DNA from: Raja brachyura
Taxonomy: Eukaryota
NCBI GenBank assembly: GCA_963514005.1
Contig: OY740808.1
Location: 6,572,001 to 6,636,000 of the forward strand
Length of the DNA: 64,000 bases
Direction: 5' to 3'
Below the pieces are notes generated by a model. It was not told the origin of the DNA. It was given only the letters and a program-made list of their open reading frames with translations, and did not search any database. A program made the position numbers and the translations under genes. This document shows positions 62,291 to 64,000 of this stretch, one piece after another (position 1 is the first letter of the stretch; every line of letters starts with the position of its first letter).

Positions 62291-63244
62291 CTGAAGGTAA
62301 ATCAGAGAAAGAATGGGAACTGTTAGAGCAAGTACATGTGATGACAATAGAATATTCTCAGTTGATTTGGCAATGGTGATATTTCTTGGTGTACATTTTG
62401 CAAAGCAGTAATGAACTATATACACATATATAGTACATGTATACATCCAGTATATGTACCACACACACATATATATATATATAAGTATATTTATATGGCA
62501 TGCAAGGAAGGGGTGGGGCTGGGTCTTTATCTTGCAATGATACCTGGCTTAAGATGCATGGGAAAATCTGATTGCAAGTCCTCCCCAGCTTATGAATGCC
62601 TAACTTATGTACAGCCCGGACATACAACTGAGAGTATGGGAGACTGGTGGGATGGTTTTGCCCAGTGCTGTGTGGCTGCTGGCATCTTCTGCCATGTGGG
62701 AACTCAGTAGAGCCCTGAGGATCATTGTAGAAGAAAGAGACCTCGGGGTTCAAGCACATTGTTCCCTGAAAGTGGTCACACAGATAAACAGGGTGGTGAT
62801 GAAAGTGGTTGATCAGTTTGTCTTCACCGGTCAGGGTATTGAGTAAAATAGATGGGAAGTTGTTAAGGTTACATTTGAGGTACTCTGCACAGTTCTGGTC
62901 ATTCTGCTATAGGCACGCGCTGATGTGTTTAGCAATTGGACAGGCTATTTCAACCAAACATTGCAATTTAGGAGCTTCATCTCTGCCTTGTGTGCTATCT
63001 ATTCGCTTCTGGTCAAAAAGATATCCAAAAACATTAACATTGTATTTTAATCTGGCCCAATAGTCCTTCTGGCAGCTCCAAAATACTCTGAAGGATTTGG
63101 ACATCTGTTGACCATCTGCCACACCCGTTGCAAGGGTCAAAACTACAAACTTGACTGAACTTATCGCAACATTTTTTGCTTCATTTTGTAAGCGTTTATT
63201 TAACCTTACGAATATAAAAAATGAAATTAAATTGGATCCCTTAC

Positions 63245-63344
63245 CATAAAACCAAGACACGGCTATAGATTCTAATAGTACCACAGCAATAAGGCAGGAT
63301 CCAGATCCAAAATCTTCCATTAATTTGACCACATAGGCTCCTCC
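63245..63344 (-). CDS. slc6a4b: slc6a4b-type exon (GGAYVVKLMEDFGSGSCLIAVVLLESIAVSWFY); upstream exons lie beyond the window
   Basis: 100 nt, cag/gtaag boundaries, SERT-specific GGAYVVKL. Confidence 0.9.
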
Positions 63345-63719
63345 CTGAAAAATTGAATTACATTTCATATCAGCCAGGATTATAAATTAAAATTGTCACG
63401 GGACTTTGGGGGATAAAGTTTGATAACACACCGTTCTTTCAACTTTGAGGCAAAGCTTTGAATGCAGCACAATTGGGGATGATCAGCCATGATCACATTG
63501 ATTGGCGGTGCTGGCTCGAAGGGCCGAATGGCCTACTCCTGCACCTATTGTCTATTGTCTACAATCTGATGTCTCTGAGCCACTTCTGCTGTCTATGTGG
63601 AAATATTTTAGTACATATCAACCCAGCAAATAATTTGGCACAAATATAGTTATGGGTAGCTCTGCACAAATTGTCAATTCCACACAAAAGATTTTAAAGA
63701 CCGAAACTAAAAAATGGCA

Positions 63720-64000
63720 CCCTAATTTGAGGAAGGACATTCTTGCTGTTGAGGGAGTGCAGCGTAGGTTTACAAGGTTAATTCCCGGGATGGCGGGACT
63801 GTCATATGCTGGGAGAATGGAGCAGCTGGGCTTGTACACTCTGGAGTTTAGAAGGATGAGAGGTTGTCTTATTGAAACATATAAGATTGTTAAGGGTTTG
63901 GACACGCTAGAGGCAGGAAACATGTTCCAGATGTTGGGGGAGTCCAGAGCCAGGGGCCACAGTTTAAGAATAAGGGGTAAGCCATTTAGAACAGAGACGA
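63720..64000 (+). mobile_element. CR1 RT fragment (same subfamily as 8178-9043), runs off the window
   Basis: Near-identical to 8523-8800. Confidence 0.9.

Noticed and set aside
62415-62497. TA/CA microsatellite-like tract
   Set aside because: Ordinary low-complexity intronic sequence.

Overview
Vertebrate genomic DNA. The repeat content (HE1/V-SINE-like tRNA SINEs, CR1, Penelope-like, Rex1/Babar, RTE) suggests a cartilaginous fish, probably a skate or ray; this is inference. I read four spliced genes by hand from GT-AG exons with consistent phases. (1) GIT2 coding exon 1 (- strand). (2) A complete 15-exon, 599-aa ANKRD13A (+), sharing a CpG-rich bidirectional promoter with GIT2. (3) A two-exon, 69-aa C12orf76-type single-pass microprotein (-). 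(4) The last four coding exons of a serotonin transporter most like slc6a4b (-). Most of the supplied ORF track is spurious or transposon-derived. The most notable signal is a set of short non-autonomous retroelements carrying ribozyme motifs. One is a canonical HDV-like double-pseudoknot ribozyme heading a 191-bp TSD-flanked Vingi/Ingi-like element (16273-16463, -). Another is an abundant ~131-bp Penelope-derived unit, in monomer and fold-back forms with TSDs, that carries a minimal type-I hammerhead core. Also present: Harbinger-like MITEs sharing one TIR, a ~1.07-kb polypyrimidine tract next to the C12orf76 promoter, and a 233-N gap. Family and ortholog names come from recalled sequences, not database searches; repeat boundaries are approximate unless defined by a TSD or TIR.
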